NCBI GenBank assembly: GCA_964616705.1
Contig: CAZTRP010000015.1
Span: 1,705-65,704, forward strand
Reading direction: 5' to 3'
Length of the DNA stretch: 64,000 nucleotides
Source: an uncultured Pseudobdellovibrionaceae bacterium
Lineage (GTDB): Bacteria > Bdellovibrionota > FAC87 > UBA2466
This document shows, in pieces, positions 8,680 through 18,130 of the stretch. Position numbers and translations under genes: made by a program. Numbering within the stretch: the stretch's first letter is position 1; each line of letters begins with the position of its first letter. Below the pieces are notes generated by a model. The model did not search any database. It had not been told where the DNA came from and saw only the letters and a list, made by a program, of their open reading frames with translations.

Positions 8680-9336
8680 CTAGCGCCCTATCAAACGCAT
8701 GAGAAGGACACGGCATGCAGACGGTGCACGGAGCTCTTCAATGTTTACATCAAGTCGATCACCCTCGGAATTCGAGCCGAGCTCGACAGAATTCAGGGTG
8801 CTTCCATCTGGGGTTTCTGAAGCAACGACTGCTTTATAGTGATAGGGAGCTAGGTTCGTGTCCGAATGCAATCGCACGTTCTGCATGATCGCTTCTAGCT
8901 TCAAGGCCTGCTCTTTAGAAAAATATACTGCTTTCGCTTCCAGATCAGCCCCTAGCTCATCGCCGTCAGGCACAAAACGAAACATCTTGCCGAAAACATA
9001 CTTGGAACCAACGTTGTGAATGGCACTGAGAGCAGAATAAAGACCAAGTATATAAGGTAGCCCCGCTTTAGCCGCCGCAGGATCGAAAGACATGATTACA
9101 GACACCCCACCGACCAAAAGGCCCGGCTTGTAATTCAACTGAGTAAGCACGAATTCGCCTTGCCTCTCGCTTCCATCGAGCAATCGATAGGTCGCCGGAA
9201 TCGAGTAACGAGTTTCGATCGGAAGCAATCTATCGGGAAGGTCTTGCTTTGTGGGTTCCGCATGCAACGTGGCAGCACAAGTAACTAAAAAGTAGATACT
9301 GAATACTCCAGATAAAGTTAAAATCTTGATTAGCAC
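8680..9336 (-). CDS. Secreted hypothetical protein (218 aa)
   Basis: Signal peptide MLIKILTLSGVFSIYFLVTCAATLHA. No recognisable domain. Confidence 0.5.
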   Translation of the reverse strand: MLIKILTLSGVFSIYFLVTCAATLHAEPTKQDLPDRLLPIETRYSIPATYRLLDGSERQGEFVLTQLNYKPGLLVGGVSVIMSFDPAAAKAGLPYILGLYSALSAIHNVGSKYVFGKMFRFVPDGDELGADLEAKAVYFSKEQALKLEAIMQNVRLHSDTNLAPYHYKAVVASETPDGSTLNSVELGSNSEGDRLDVNIEELRAPSACRVLLMRLIGR

Positions 9337-9430
9337 GAAAACCCCGATAAAAGCCTTCTTCTAACAATGTCCAAATCGAGTCAACGATTTTACCGGGCAA
9401 ATCAGCTAAACTTGTTTTCAGGAACCCCGA

Positions 9431-10240
9431 ATGGTCTATCGAAGCTACCCTCCCCCGCCACAGCTCGAGCCTTATGTCGATTGCTTTTGGAGCCTTGAAC
9501 TCCCCGTGACTCAAAGCGAAATTCGCGCCGAAAGAGTACTACCGGACGGAAAAACGGAACTCCTTTTCCACTACGGAGACTGTTTCGAAAACAGCTGTGA
9601 CGGCAAATCTTTCAATGAACAAGCACGAGGACTGTTTGCCGGTCAGCTGAAAACATTTACACTTCTGAAACCGAAAGGGAATATTGGATTGGTTGCTGTG
9701 CGATTCAAACCCGCCGGCGCGGCTCAGTTTTTCGAATTTCCACTATCGGAGATCACGGATCAAGTGATGAGTCTCGATAACTTACTTGGACTTGAAGGAC
9801 GAGCGCTTCAGGAACGCATTCTGAATGCAAAAGACAACACGCTTCGCTTTGGGGTTCTTACACAGTATCTGGTAAATCGCCTTGGGCGGGGACCGGAAGA
9901 CGTTTTGGTTCGAGCTGCCGTTCGGTTGATTGGGAATGGGGAAACCAACTATGATTCTCTGGCCAGAAAAATCGGTTTGAGCAAGCGGCAAATTGAACGA
10001 GTGTTTAAGACCAATGTGGGAATTAGCCCGGCCATGCTCTCGCGTATTTTCAGATTTCAAAAGTTTTTGGCCCTAGCCAAACGCGAACCGGCAATGAAGC
10101 TAATCGACGTGTCGCAAGAGTGCGGATACTACGATCAATCGCACTTCATAAAAGAATTTAAAGCTTTCTCTGGCGTATCGCCCTCCTTCTTTCTCGCCGA
10201 AAGCCACGAAATGTCCGATTGCTTCACCGCGCCAGAGTAA
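9431..10240 (+). CDS. AraC-family transcriptional regulator
   Basis: C-terminal double HTH (…LARKIGLSKRQIERVFK…VSQECGYYDQSHFIKEFKAFSGVSP). Confidence 0.8.
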   Translation: MVYRSYPPPPQLEPYVDCFWSLELPVTQSEIRAERVLPDGKTELLFHYGDCFENSCDGKSFNEQARGLFAGQLKTFTLLKPKGNIGLVAVRFKPAGAAQFFEFPLSEITDQVMSLDNLLGLEGRALQERILNAKDNTLRFGVLTQYLVNRLGRGPEDVLVRAAVRLIGNGETNYDSLARKIGLSKRQIERVFKTNVGISPAMLSRIFRFQKFLALAKREPAMKLIDVSQECGYYDQSHFIKEFKAFSGVSPSFFLAESHEMSDCFTAPE

Positions 10241-10377
10241 TGTCGTTTTTTTACAATGCCGTCGCTGATTAAACGCTTAAGCTCGTACTGATAGGTGCTT
10301 CAAATAAAGCACGGGCAAATAAACCAGGGCTTAGCAAACTAAGTGCGCTAGCCATGAAACTACGAGCGGAGATAGGC

Positions 10378-10845
10378 ATGTCAAAATCAAAATTTTTGTT
10401 AGTTCTTGTTCTTTTTGCACTTCAAGCAGGGACCATTACGGCCGCCGGAATCCAGGACTCTCTTGAAATACTAAATGGTTGTTGGCAGAGCGACTCCAAA
10501 GGAACAATCGTTGAGGAACGTTGGGGTAGTGTGGACGGCGGGTTAATGCTTGGTACGGCAAAGACAGTGGTGGCCGGCCGTGCCGTTGAATTCGAATTTC
10601 TAAAGATAGAAACTTCCAAAAAAGGGACTATCTATACTCCGTTTATCAACGGCGTCGCCGCCGCCCCCTTTAAGATGAACGAGACCTCGTCAACTACCGA
10701 CAAACTTGTGTTTGAAAATCCGAGCAACAAATTCCCGAAAACGATCATCTACCTCAAAAATGGCTCGAATATGGAAATCTCCCTCTCGGGCGATAGCAGT
10801 GACAAGGTCGAGTACACATTGGCCGAGATCAACTGCTCACTCTAA
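10378..10845 (+). CDS. Secreted hypothetical protein
   Basis: Start moved to MSKSKFLLVLVLFALQAGTITAAG, a clean signal peptide. No domain recognised. Confidence 0.5.
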   Translation: MSKSKFLLVLVLFALQAGTITAAGIQDSLEILNGCWQSDSKGTIVEERWGSVDGGLMLGTAKTVVAGRAVEFEFLKIETSKKGTIYTPFINGVAAAPFKMNETSSTTDKLVFENPSNKFPKTIIYLKNGSNMEISLSGDSSDKVEYTLAEINCSL

Positions 10846-10928
10846 TGCCAATTCCTAGGGGGGCACTTATACACCGCGTCTTGCCACGCATCTGGTTCAG
10901 ACAAATACTTCCTGCCACTGGGGGAAAT

Positions 10929-11330
10929 ATGAAAACTATTATTGGACTGAGTTTGATGGTGGCTATCTCTGCGCCTGCGCTGGCGGGCAAGTATGGCGGC
11001 CCACTCTTGGTAAAAGCGACTGGAAAAATCTCAAACAACGGGATTGCTCACACTTGCGAAATATACCCAAAGCACCCCGACGTTGCGGGCATCGATTTAC
11101 ATACTTTAATTAATACCGCCAGTACGGCGAAGGTGAGTAATGCGTTGCACGTTGTGGCGCAGGTACCCTCTGAAGAGTACTACGCGTACCGCGTAGTTTC
11201 TCTTGGAGGAACGTCCACTGCCGTAAGAGCTGAAAGAGTTCTCCTTCGACGGGACGACAGTTCGCTACAAGAGCGAGAAGGTAAAGAGAGTCAGGAACTC
11301 ATTCAGCTTGTCGATAAAATTTGCAAATAG
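10929..11330 (+). CDS. Secreted hypothetical protein
   Basis: Start moved to MKTIIGLSLMVAISAPALAG, a signal peptide preceded by GGGGGAAAT. No domain recognised. Confidence 0.5.
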   Translation: MKTIIGLSLMVAISAPALAGKYGGPLLVKATGKISNNGIAHTCEIYPKHPDVAGIDLHTLINTASTAKVSNALHVVAQVPSEEYYAYRVVSLGGTSTAVRAERVLLRRDDSSLQEREGKESQELIQLVDKICK

Positions 11331-11425
11331 CAGATTTTCGATTTGCACTATTTGAATTCTAATCGAGGGCGAGAGTCAGCAGGCGTTGCCTGATACTCTC
11401 GCCCTCTTCTACATCGGAGTCGACC

Positions 11426-11866
11426 ATGATTTGCGGAGCGCTTGCATTAATGATTGCTTGTTTCTTTTCTGGCGCTGCATTCTATATCAATTTTGCAGAG
11501 CATCCGGCCCGGCTAGGTTTGGCAACACCTGAACTGCTTCGCCAGTGGATTCCCAGTTACAAGCGCGGCTTCATCCTTCAAGCAACGCTCGCTGTGGTCG
11601 GGGGACTACTCGGAGTAAGCGCGTATTTTATTCTTGGAGATTGGCGCTGGATGGCCGGTGCCCTGCTACTTCTAGCCAATTGGCCCTTCACCCTAGTATT
11701 TATCATGCCAACGAACTTGAAACTAATGGGCACGAAACCAGAAAACGCAAACAATGCCACTCGCTCACTGCTGATTCTTTGGGGGAAACTCCACTTTGTC
11801 CGCACATGCCTTGGAATCTGTGCTTCTGGAGTCTTACTCTGGGCCATTGTCCGAGCGCTTCCCTAA
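11426..11866 (+). CDS. DUF1772 (anthrone-oxygenase-like) membrane protein
   Basis: 146 aa, four TM segments, N-terminal FYINFAEHPARL motif. Confidence 0.55.
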   Translation: MICGALALMIACFFSGAAFYINFAEHPARLGLATPELLRQWIPSYKRGFILQATLAVVGGLLGVSAYFILGDWRWMAGALLLLANWPFTLVFIMPTNLKLMGTKPENANNATRSLLILWGKLHFVRTCLGICASGVLLWAIVRALP

Positions 11867-11935
11867 GCGGCGATGGCCTGGCGGTCCCCTTAGATTGCCT
11901 CGACAAAGCCAATAACCTGATCGAACATTCACGCG

Positions 11936-12820
11936 ATGGGTCCATGGATAAACTATCACCACCTGTACTACTTCAAGGTCATCGCTGAAGAAGACAGCGT
12001 ATCTAAAGCCGCACAAAGACTTCGGTTGGGGCAGCCCACACTAAGCGCGCAACTCAAGCAATTCGAGGAAGCCCTCGGGGTAGCACTTTTCGAGCGCCAC
12101 CACAAAAAGCTGGTGCTTACCGAACAAGGAAAGATCGCTCTCGGCTACGCCCGTAGCATCTTTACCATGGGCGCCGAAATGTATGAGGTGCTTCACGATC
12201 GTTTCGTGCCCCAGAAGATTTCTATTCATATCGGCGCACTCGATAGCATCGCTAAACAGGTTATTTTGCAGATGGTGGAAACCGCTTTTAAAGTAGCACC
12301 CTGCCAGGTCAGCCTCTCTGAGGGAAGAGCCGATGAACTCATCCGTGAACTCACTGCCCATCGGATCGATTTGCTCATTAGCAATTTCCTGCCAACAGCG
12401 ACGAACGCTAAGGGCCTCTCGCATAGAGTCGTTTCGAAGAAAGTTGTTTCTGTTTACGCCGCCCCGACCTTTAAGAAACTGAAGAATAGTTTTCCCCGCG
12501 GACTAGTAGGACAACCTTTTATACTTCCCACCTACGACAGCAGGCTGAGATATGACATCGACCATTGGTTCAAGCTCAATGAGGTGGCTCCTAACATAGT
12601 GGCCGAAAGCCAAGACATTGCAATGAATAAGCTCATGGCGATTAGCGGGTTAGGTTTAATTCCTGCAGCGCCTCACGCGGTAAGTCGCCAACTGCAGTCG
12701 GGCGAATTGATTGAGGTCGGGCAACTTAAAGGCATTCATGAGGAGCTTTTTCTAATATCCGCACACAGAAAAATCGAGAACCCTATCGCCGCCAAGCTAA
12801 TGAGCCAGTTCACAGTATAG
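11936..12820 (+). CDS. LysR-family transcriptional regulator, NhaR-like
   Basis: The N-terminal INYHHLYYFKVIAEEDSVSKAA HTH closely mirrors E. coli NhaR (INYNHLYYFWHVYKEGS). LysR substrate-binding domain follows. Confidence 0.8.
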   Translation: MGPWINYHHLYYFKVIAEEDSVSKAAQRLRLGQPTLSAQLKQFEEALGVALFERHHKKLVLTEQGKIALGYARSIFTMGAEMYEVLHDRFVPQKISIHIGALDSIAKQVILQMVETAFKVAPCQVSLSEGRADELIRELTAHRIDLLISNFLPTATNAKGLSHRVVSKKVVSVYAAPTFKKLKNSFPRGLVGQPFILPTYDSRLRYDIDHWFKLNEVAPNIVAESQDIAMNKLMAISGLGLIPAAPHAVSRQLQSGELIEVGQLKGIHEELFLISAHRKIENPIAAKLMSQFTV

Positions 12821-12901
12821 ATTTATACAATTCAAAAGACCGCTTTTATCTATTTTAGGTATTCATAGAAACTCCGTAAGCTACTTACATGGAGAAAAGA
12901 A

Positions 12902-13549
12902 ATGAATAACCTGCTACCTGGTCTGAGAAAGTTTTCCGAGGAAGTTTTCCCCCAACAACGCGATTTATTCGATGGGCTTTCCTTGGGCCAAAAACCACAC
13001 ACGCTACTTATCACTTGCTCCGATTCCCGAATCGATCCCAACTTGGTAACGCAAACCAAACCCGGAGAGATATTTGTAGTCAGGAATGCTGGCAACATCG
13101 TTCCGCCTTTCGGATCCTCTCGAGGCGGTGAAGAAGCGGCAATTGAATTTGCCATAGACGGACTCAAAGTAAGCAATATCGTTATTTGTGGGCACTCTCA
13201 TTGTGGCGCTATGGCGGGTCTAATGGGAAAGGTAAATCTCGATGCCCTACCCTCCGTGAAAGAGTGGTTGGGGCACGCACAGGCCACCAAACGAAGGCTG
13301 GCTAGCAACGAAAAAGAAGCTTCGCTGACTCAGACGGTTGAAGGGAACGTTCTGGTTCAAGCCGACAACTTGAAAACTCACCCCGCAGTTTCGGCGGCAC
13401 TGCGACAAGGTCGGGTGCGGATCTTTGGTTGGGTGTATCAGTTCGAAACTGGATTGATTTCACTCTACGACCAGAAACAAAAAACATACGTACCCTCAAC
13501 AGAAGCAAGGGAAGCGCTTACTTCAGACGGTGCAAGGTTCTGTCTGTAG
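12902..13549 (+). CDS. Beta-class carbonic anhydrase
   Basis: CSDSR...VRNAGN...GHSHCGA zinc-ligand motifs. Confidence 0.85.
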   Translation: MNNLLPGLRKFSEEVFPQQRDLFDGLSLGQKPHTLLITCSDSRIDPNLVTQTKPGEIFVVRNAGNIVPPFGSSRGGEEAAIEFAIDGLKVSNIVICGHSHCGAMAGLMGKVNLDALPSVKEWLGHAQATKRRLASNEKEASLTQTVEGNVLVQADNLKTHPAVSAALRQGRVRIFGWVYQFETGLISLYDQKQKTYVPSTEAREALTSDGARFCL

Positions 13550-13563
13550 ATTAGGAGTCGCAA

Positions 13564-14508
13564 ATGAGTGCACTAATCAGGCAAAAGGCCGCACTTGCTG
13601 AAGCGCCTAGGTCGGAGGTGATCTCCGGACTTACGAATCAAGAAGAAGCCAAGAACTTCTTTCGCACGGCTATCGCGTGGAAGGGATCCGTTACCCCCCG
13701 GGTTCTTCCGCGCGTAGCCGTGGCAGCGGTTTACTCCCTCGGAGTTGTAGTCCTTTCCACTTTTTTTCCTGATTTCACATTCTCAATCACACCGTTCGAG
13801 TATTCCGGGGCGGTTCTCGGCCTTCTGCTGGTCCTCCGCGTTAATGCAGGAATGGATCGGTGGTGGGAGGCAAGAAAGATTTGGGGCAGTATTGTAAATC
13901 AAAGCAGAAACCTCGCGATTATTGGCTACGAATACACACCGACCGAAAGACAAGACAAAGTGCATTTTCTGAGATGGGTCGCTTCTTGGCCCCACGTTAT
14001 GCGAGAGTCGCTCAGAAAGGAAAACTCATTGGTTGAAGTGGAAAACTTGCTTGGCGGAAACAACGCTAAATCCATCCGTTCGGCAGGCCACATGCCTACT
14101 TTCGTTGGCTCCAGAATCGCACAGCTTTTATTTGAAATGAGAACGAAAGGGCTCAATGACTTTTCCTTTCAGTGTGCCGAAAGAGAAAGAGCCTTGTTGA
14201 TTGATGCGATTGGCGCCTGTGAGCGAATTCGCAATACACCTATCCCGTTTGTTCTAGCAATCAAGGTGCGCCGATTTATCTTGCTGTTTCTGTTACTACT
14301 CCCCTTGGCTCTTGTAGATAGATTGGGTTGGCTTACACCTCTTGTGGTTTGCCTTGCGGCCTATCCTCTCTTTTCCCTGGATGAAATCGGAGCTGAGTTG
14401 CAGAACCCCTTTTCGCCGCGAAACCTCAGTCACCTCCCCCTAGGTTCTATTTGCTCGACGATCGAGCGGAACGTCCTGAGTGTTGGTTCAACGGGCAATG
14501 GTGATTAA
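13564..14508 (+). CDS. Bestrophin-family (YneE/UPF0187) ion channel
   Basis: RVNAGMDRWWEARKIWGSIVNQSRNL core motif and TM topology of bacterial bestrophins. Confidence 0.7.
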   Translation: MSALIRQKAALAEAPRSEVISGLTNQEEAKNFFRTAIAWKGSVTPRVLPRVAVAAVYSLGVVVLSTFFPDFTFSITPFEYSGAVLGLLLVLRVNAGMDRWWEARKIWGSIVNQSRNLAIIGYEYTPTERQDKVHFLRWVASWPHVMRESLRKENSLVEVENLLGGNNAKSIRSAGHMPTFVGSRIAQLLFEMRTKGLNDFSFQCAERERALLIDAIGACERIRNTPIPFVLAIKVRRFILLFLLLLPLALVDRLGWLTPLVVCLAAYPLFSLDEIGAELQNPFSPRNLSHLPLGSICSTIERNVLSVGSTGNGD

Positions 14509-14654
14509 ACAAGAATCACTGAGCTCGAGCGACCAGCGCCACTCGACTCGAACAAAACATGGTCGCATAATTATTCTTATATAATCATTACTTACCAAGC
14601 GATCCTTGCGCTTAACTACTGTTGTGGTAAGTGTCTCGCCGGAATAGGGAACCT

Positions 14655-17210
14655 ATGCTGGCCGATAAAACAAAATTAGCTACTGTATGGGCTATTTTCT
14701 CGGTCTACTCCCATCTCTCGGTCGCAGCGCCAAACTACCCACAAATTGACATTCTAAGCGATGCAGAAGCAAACCGCCTGGCTTCAAGTCTTCAGGCGAC
14801 GCTAGCCAAGTCGGAGATGGCCTCGCTTTCCGAGCTTCAACACTCTTCCCCAAGCATTTATTGCGATCCGAAAACGCAAAGGTTTACGAGCTGGCAAGCG
14901 CAGTTTGCCATGGATCTACGAAGCGCTCCGGAGGAGTTCCGGTCCAAGTATTTTGCTTACACCAAAATCGCTTCAGAAAGAGCACTAGCCGAAGCACTAA
15001 AGGACCTCGACGTTATTGCACTCGAGAGCATGCCCCTTCTATTTCCGGCAACTCCGGCGGCGAAGCAAGCGTTGATGACGCTCCTGCAGCTATCGGTAGA
15101 CAATGGTTCCCCTACCGCAGTTCTCTATGCTGAAGTTATTCGCGAGCACTTCCCCACTATTTGCAATCAAGATCCGATTGGGTGTTCTTTTCTGTCCGAA
15201 GCGTACAGGCAAAATGGAGAGTCAGAAATAGCAGCAGCGCTTGCAACACAGTATCCAACTGGTCCAACTGTCATTTCCGCCACCCCTTCGTCAAAAACCG
15301 AAATTCGTTTTTTTGTCCCCTTGCTACCAAACCCGAATGCAGAGGAGGTAGACGTCGCTAAGGAACCTCAGAGATCTCGAGCCAGATACTTTCTATTACT
15401 TTTAGGAAATAGAGCCAGAGTTGTTTGCGCTGAGACGAAAAAGGATGTGGCTTCGGCTCTTGACCCAAATCATTTTAAGCTGCTGCGAAATCAAAATAAT
15501 GCCTTCCCCTTTCGCTTCGTTGACCAATGGGAAAGGGAGGAGCTTCTAGGGGAACTTATTCGTAGGAACTCTTCGAATGGGAACTTAGACGCCTCGCCGC
15601 TACTTACAAAGCTTTCTGCCAATCAGCTAAGGATCCAAGTACAAAACTACCTTGAACCTCCCGCAGTTCAATCCGTATCGAATGCCTCGAACTATTCCCC
15701 CCAAGACGATTCGATCGCTAGAATTGCTCTAGCAACAGCCGTGACCGCGTTCCGGACTGAAGCGGCAAAGACGATCATTGCCTGGTTAGAAGAGTTGGAT
15801 GCTGGAAAGCAAGAATTCATCCCCCTACTCTTTCTTCTATCGGACATGGGATCGAGAATGCAACTTCTCGCCCGAAGCGATCAGATATCTATTTCGAAGT
15901 TACTGGGCAGAATTGCGAAAGATGTAGGCTCTGAACTAAACCGGAAACTTTCAACGTCCGACCACGCCTTATCAACGCTGACCCAACTCAATCTCTCGGG
16001 CAGCACAAGAGTTATAAGGCAAAATTACCAAGAAATTTATTCAAAAAGGGAAAACTTGTTTCATCTTTCCCTGCAGGCGCTGCGTTATTTGGCAAGAAGG
16101 GACCAGCCAGAGGAACAGCGCCAATTTGCCTTCGAAGAATTGAATAGATTGCAGACTTGGACATGGAATAGTTACAACGCAAATAAAACCTTCAATTCAC
16201 TATTTGAACTCCATACTTCTTACGAGGCCATTGCCGAACCCCTTGCTCTATTTGGTGCGAAAGCCAAGCCACTATTGACTAAGATGGTGAAGCAAACATC
16301 CGGCCCCTTCGCCAATGGACGAAACAGTGAAATCTTGGAAAGTCTATTTATGGCCGACAACAGTGCCATGGCCGACTATCTCATAACTGCGAATCAACGC
16401 TCTGAAACAGGAGCAACAGCCCCTACTCTTGCGTCTTTGGTATCCGAATTCGCGATGCGGAACGATCCCAATCTAGTGATTACAGATGAAACCGCACAAC
16501 TCCTCTCGAATATTCTCTTGGAAAGGGGCAAAGCGAAGCACGTCGATTTCTACGAGCATAAGTTCACCGCTGAGGCGCTGGCCAAATATGCTCCCTCATC
16601 ATTTTACGAACTAAGTTCGAGGCTTACCCCACTACAAAAACGTTTTGTTTATCCCTACGGATGTAGTGCCTTGGCCCATTACCTACTTTCAGCGCCGCTC
16701 TCCGCGGTTAAGCTCTGGACGGAGGGACAAGCTGTCTGTTCAGAAGAGAGAGAACTGCACCAAGAGTTGGGAAACGCGCTCGCATCAGGATTCCCTATTT
16801 CGAAGAGCGCTGTACAAACTATTTTTGAGTCCCCCTACTATTCCAAGTTTTTTGAAAGTGCCCCCGCCATCTTTTTTCGTCTCGTAAATGCCACTGGCAC
16901 ATCATTGAATATATCGGAATCCATTCGGGCTCGAGCATCCGAACTGGCACGCAACACCAATGAAAGCACGGAGCGCAGAGTCGAAAGTTTTCTATTCTTA
17001 GCGCACCACGCGTGGAAAGAACACGCCGCACTTTTTCTAGATATCGTGGAGCGCGACACCAACCCCCAAGTTCGTAGGATTGCCGCAAGTGCGTTTGTCT
17101 CAAGGAGCAAGGAAGCCACCCAAGAAATAATCGCGCGAGCAAAACAGATGAGCGAGAATATCTTCCTGGACTACCGTTACGAATTTGCGCATTGGTTTTC
17201 GAAACAATGA
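14655..17210 (+). CDS. Large secreted alpha-helical protein with C-terminal HEAT-like repeat
   Basis: Start moved to the ATG at 14655 (MLADKTKLATVWAIFSVYSHLSVAAP, signal-like). 851 aa, predominantly helical. C-terminal DTNPQVRRIAASAF HEAT-like motif. No other domain recognised. Confidence 0.55.
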   Translation: MLADKTKLATVWAIFSVYSHLSVAAPNYPQIDILSDAEANRLASSLQATLAKSEMASLSELQHSSPSIYCDPKTQRFTSWQAQFAMDLRSAPEEFRSKYFAYTKIASERALAEALKDLDVIALESMPLLFPATPAAKQALMTLLQLSVDNGSPTAVLYAEVIREHFPTICNQDPIGCSFLSEAYRQNGESEIAAALATQYPTGPTVISATPSSKTEIRFFVPLLPNPNAEEVDVAKEPQRSRARYFLLLLGNRARVVCAETKKDVASALDPNHFKLLRNQNNAFPFRFVDQWEREELLGELIRRNSSNGNLDASPLLTKLSANQLRIQVQNYLEPPAVQSVSNASNYSPQDDSIARIALATAVTAFRTEAAKTIIAWLEELDAGKQEFIPLLFLLSDMGSRMQLLARSDQISISKLLGRIAKDVGSELNRKLSTSDHALSTLTQLNLSGSTRVIRQNYQEIYSKRENLFHLSLQALRYLARRDQPEEQRQFAFEELNRLQTWTWNSYNANKTFNSLFELHTSYEAIAEPLALFGAKAKPLLTKMVKQTSGPFANGRNSEILESLFMADNSAMADYLITANQRSETGATAPTLASLVSEFAMRNDPNLVITDETAQLLSNILLERGKAKHVDFYEHKFTAEALAKYAPSSFYELSSRLTPLQKRFVYPYGCSALAHYLLSAPLSAVKLWTEGQAVCSEERELHQELGNALASGFPISKSAVQTIFESPYYSKFFESAPAIFFRLVNATGTSLNISESIRARASELARNTNESTERRVESFLFLAHHAWKEHAALFLDIVERDTNPQVRRIAASAFVSRSKEATQEIIARAKQMSENIFLDYRYEFAHWFSKQ

Positions 17211-17252
17211 AATGGCGCAAGACTAAAGAATAAACTTCGGCTCTACTAATTT

Positions 17253-17921
17253 CTAATCATCGTGAAAGTCGACCTTGCCGGTTGCTAAATCATAGACCGC
17301 CTCTACCACCCTAAAACTGCCCGTTTCTTTCAGGCCGATCAAAATAGGACTTTGAGAGAATACCTGCTTGGCCGTCCGCGTGACATGACTGTGGGTGACT
17401 AAGAAAGTAAGTTTCGATGGTTCCACCTGGGCAGCCGAGGCGACTGAAGACTCAACAGAAGGCAAAATCCGTGCGACCAATTCCTGAAGATTATCGCTCG
17501 GCATGGGCTGGCCGCTTTTAAAATGCTCAATGGCGGCAGTAATTGCCCCACACTGGGTGTGCCCCATAACGACACAAAGCTGGGTCCGAAAAGTAGAAGC
17601 CGCGAATTCGATACTTGCCAATAGAGACGGTGCTAAGACGTTGCCTGCGACCCGAATTACGAATAAATCTCCCAAGCCTTGATCGAAGAGAATTTCTGCA
17701 GGGGCCCTAGAGTCGGAACAGGCCAGAATAATAGCAAATGGAGACTGCCCCTTTTCGACCAGTTCCTTTCTAAGCAAGACGGTGGTCATTGCCTCAACCG
17801 ACCTCAATCCCCCGGCGTACCGGGCATTGCCTTGCTTCAATCGATCTAGTGCCTCAGCTGCGGTTATTTGTCCTTGCATAATCTCTCTCTCACGAATTCC
17901 AATAGGTGCCTTTAGAGGCAT
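17253..17921 (-). CDS. Beta-class carbonic anhydrase (second copy)
   Basis: CSDSRAPAE...IRVAGNV...GHTQCGA motifs. Confidence 0.85.
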   Translation of the reverse strand: MPLKAPIGIREREIMQGQITAAEALDRLKQGNARYAGGLRSVEAMTTVLLRKELVEKGQSPFAIILACSDSRAPAEILFDQGLGDLFVIRVAGNVLAPSLLASIEFAASTFRTQLCVVMGHTQCGAITAAIEHFKSGQPMPSDNLQELVARILPSVESSVASAAQVEPSKLTFLVTHSHVTRTAKQVFSQSPILIGLKETGSFRVVEAVYDLATGKVDFHDD

Positions 17922-18130
17922 TCATAATAATAGACAAAAATTATAGAATAGCTCGCTTTTACGAGTTCGTTCAGCGCCCCGATCCTGACGCTGTGAATCA
18001 ATAAATATTAGCGAACTTAAGCATACTCTTTAACCGTTTTTTTAACATTGAGGATGCCGCTACCGTTTAGATGAATGGGCATTTGTTCGCCCCGATATAC
18101 CAGCCTAAACACTCACGGTTTTCGCCGTAG

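Noticed and set aside
10241-10260. T7 run after the AraC stop codon as a terminator
   Set aside because: No GC-rich stem immediately upstream of the T-run.
11545-12016. Plus and minus ORFs (147 aa, 89 aa, 80 aa, 60 aa) overlapping the DUF1772 gene and the start of the LysR gene
   Set aside because: Alternative-frame ORFs inside or across supported genes, with Arg/Ser-rich low-complexity translations.
14655-17210. The 851-aa secreted protein as the RTX-type substrate of the adjacent type-I-like exporter
   Set aside because: No GGxGxD nonapeptide repeats or acidic C-terminal secretion signal were visible. A beta-CA gene intervenes.
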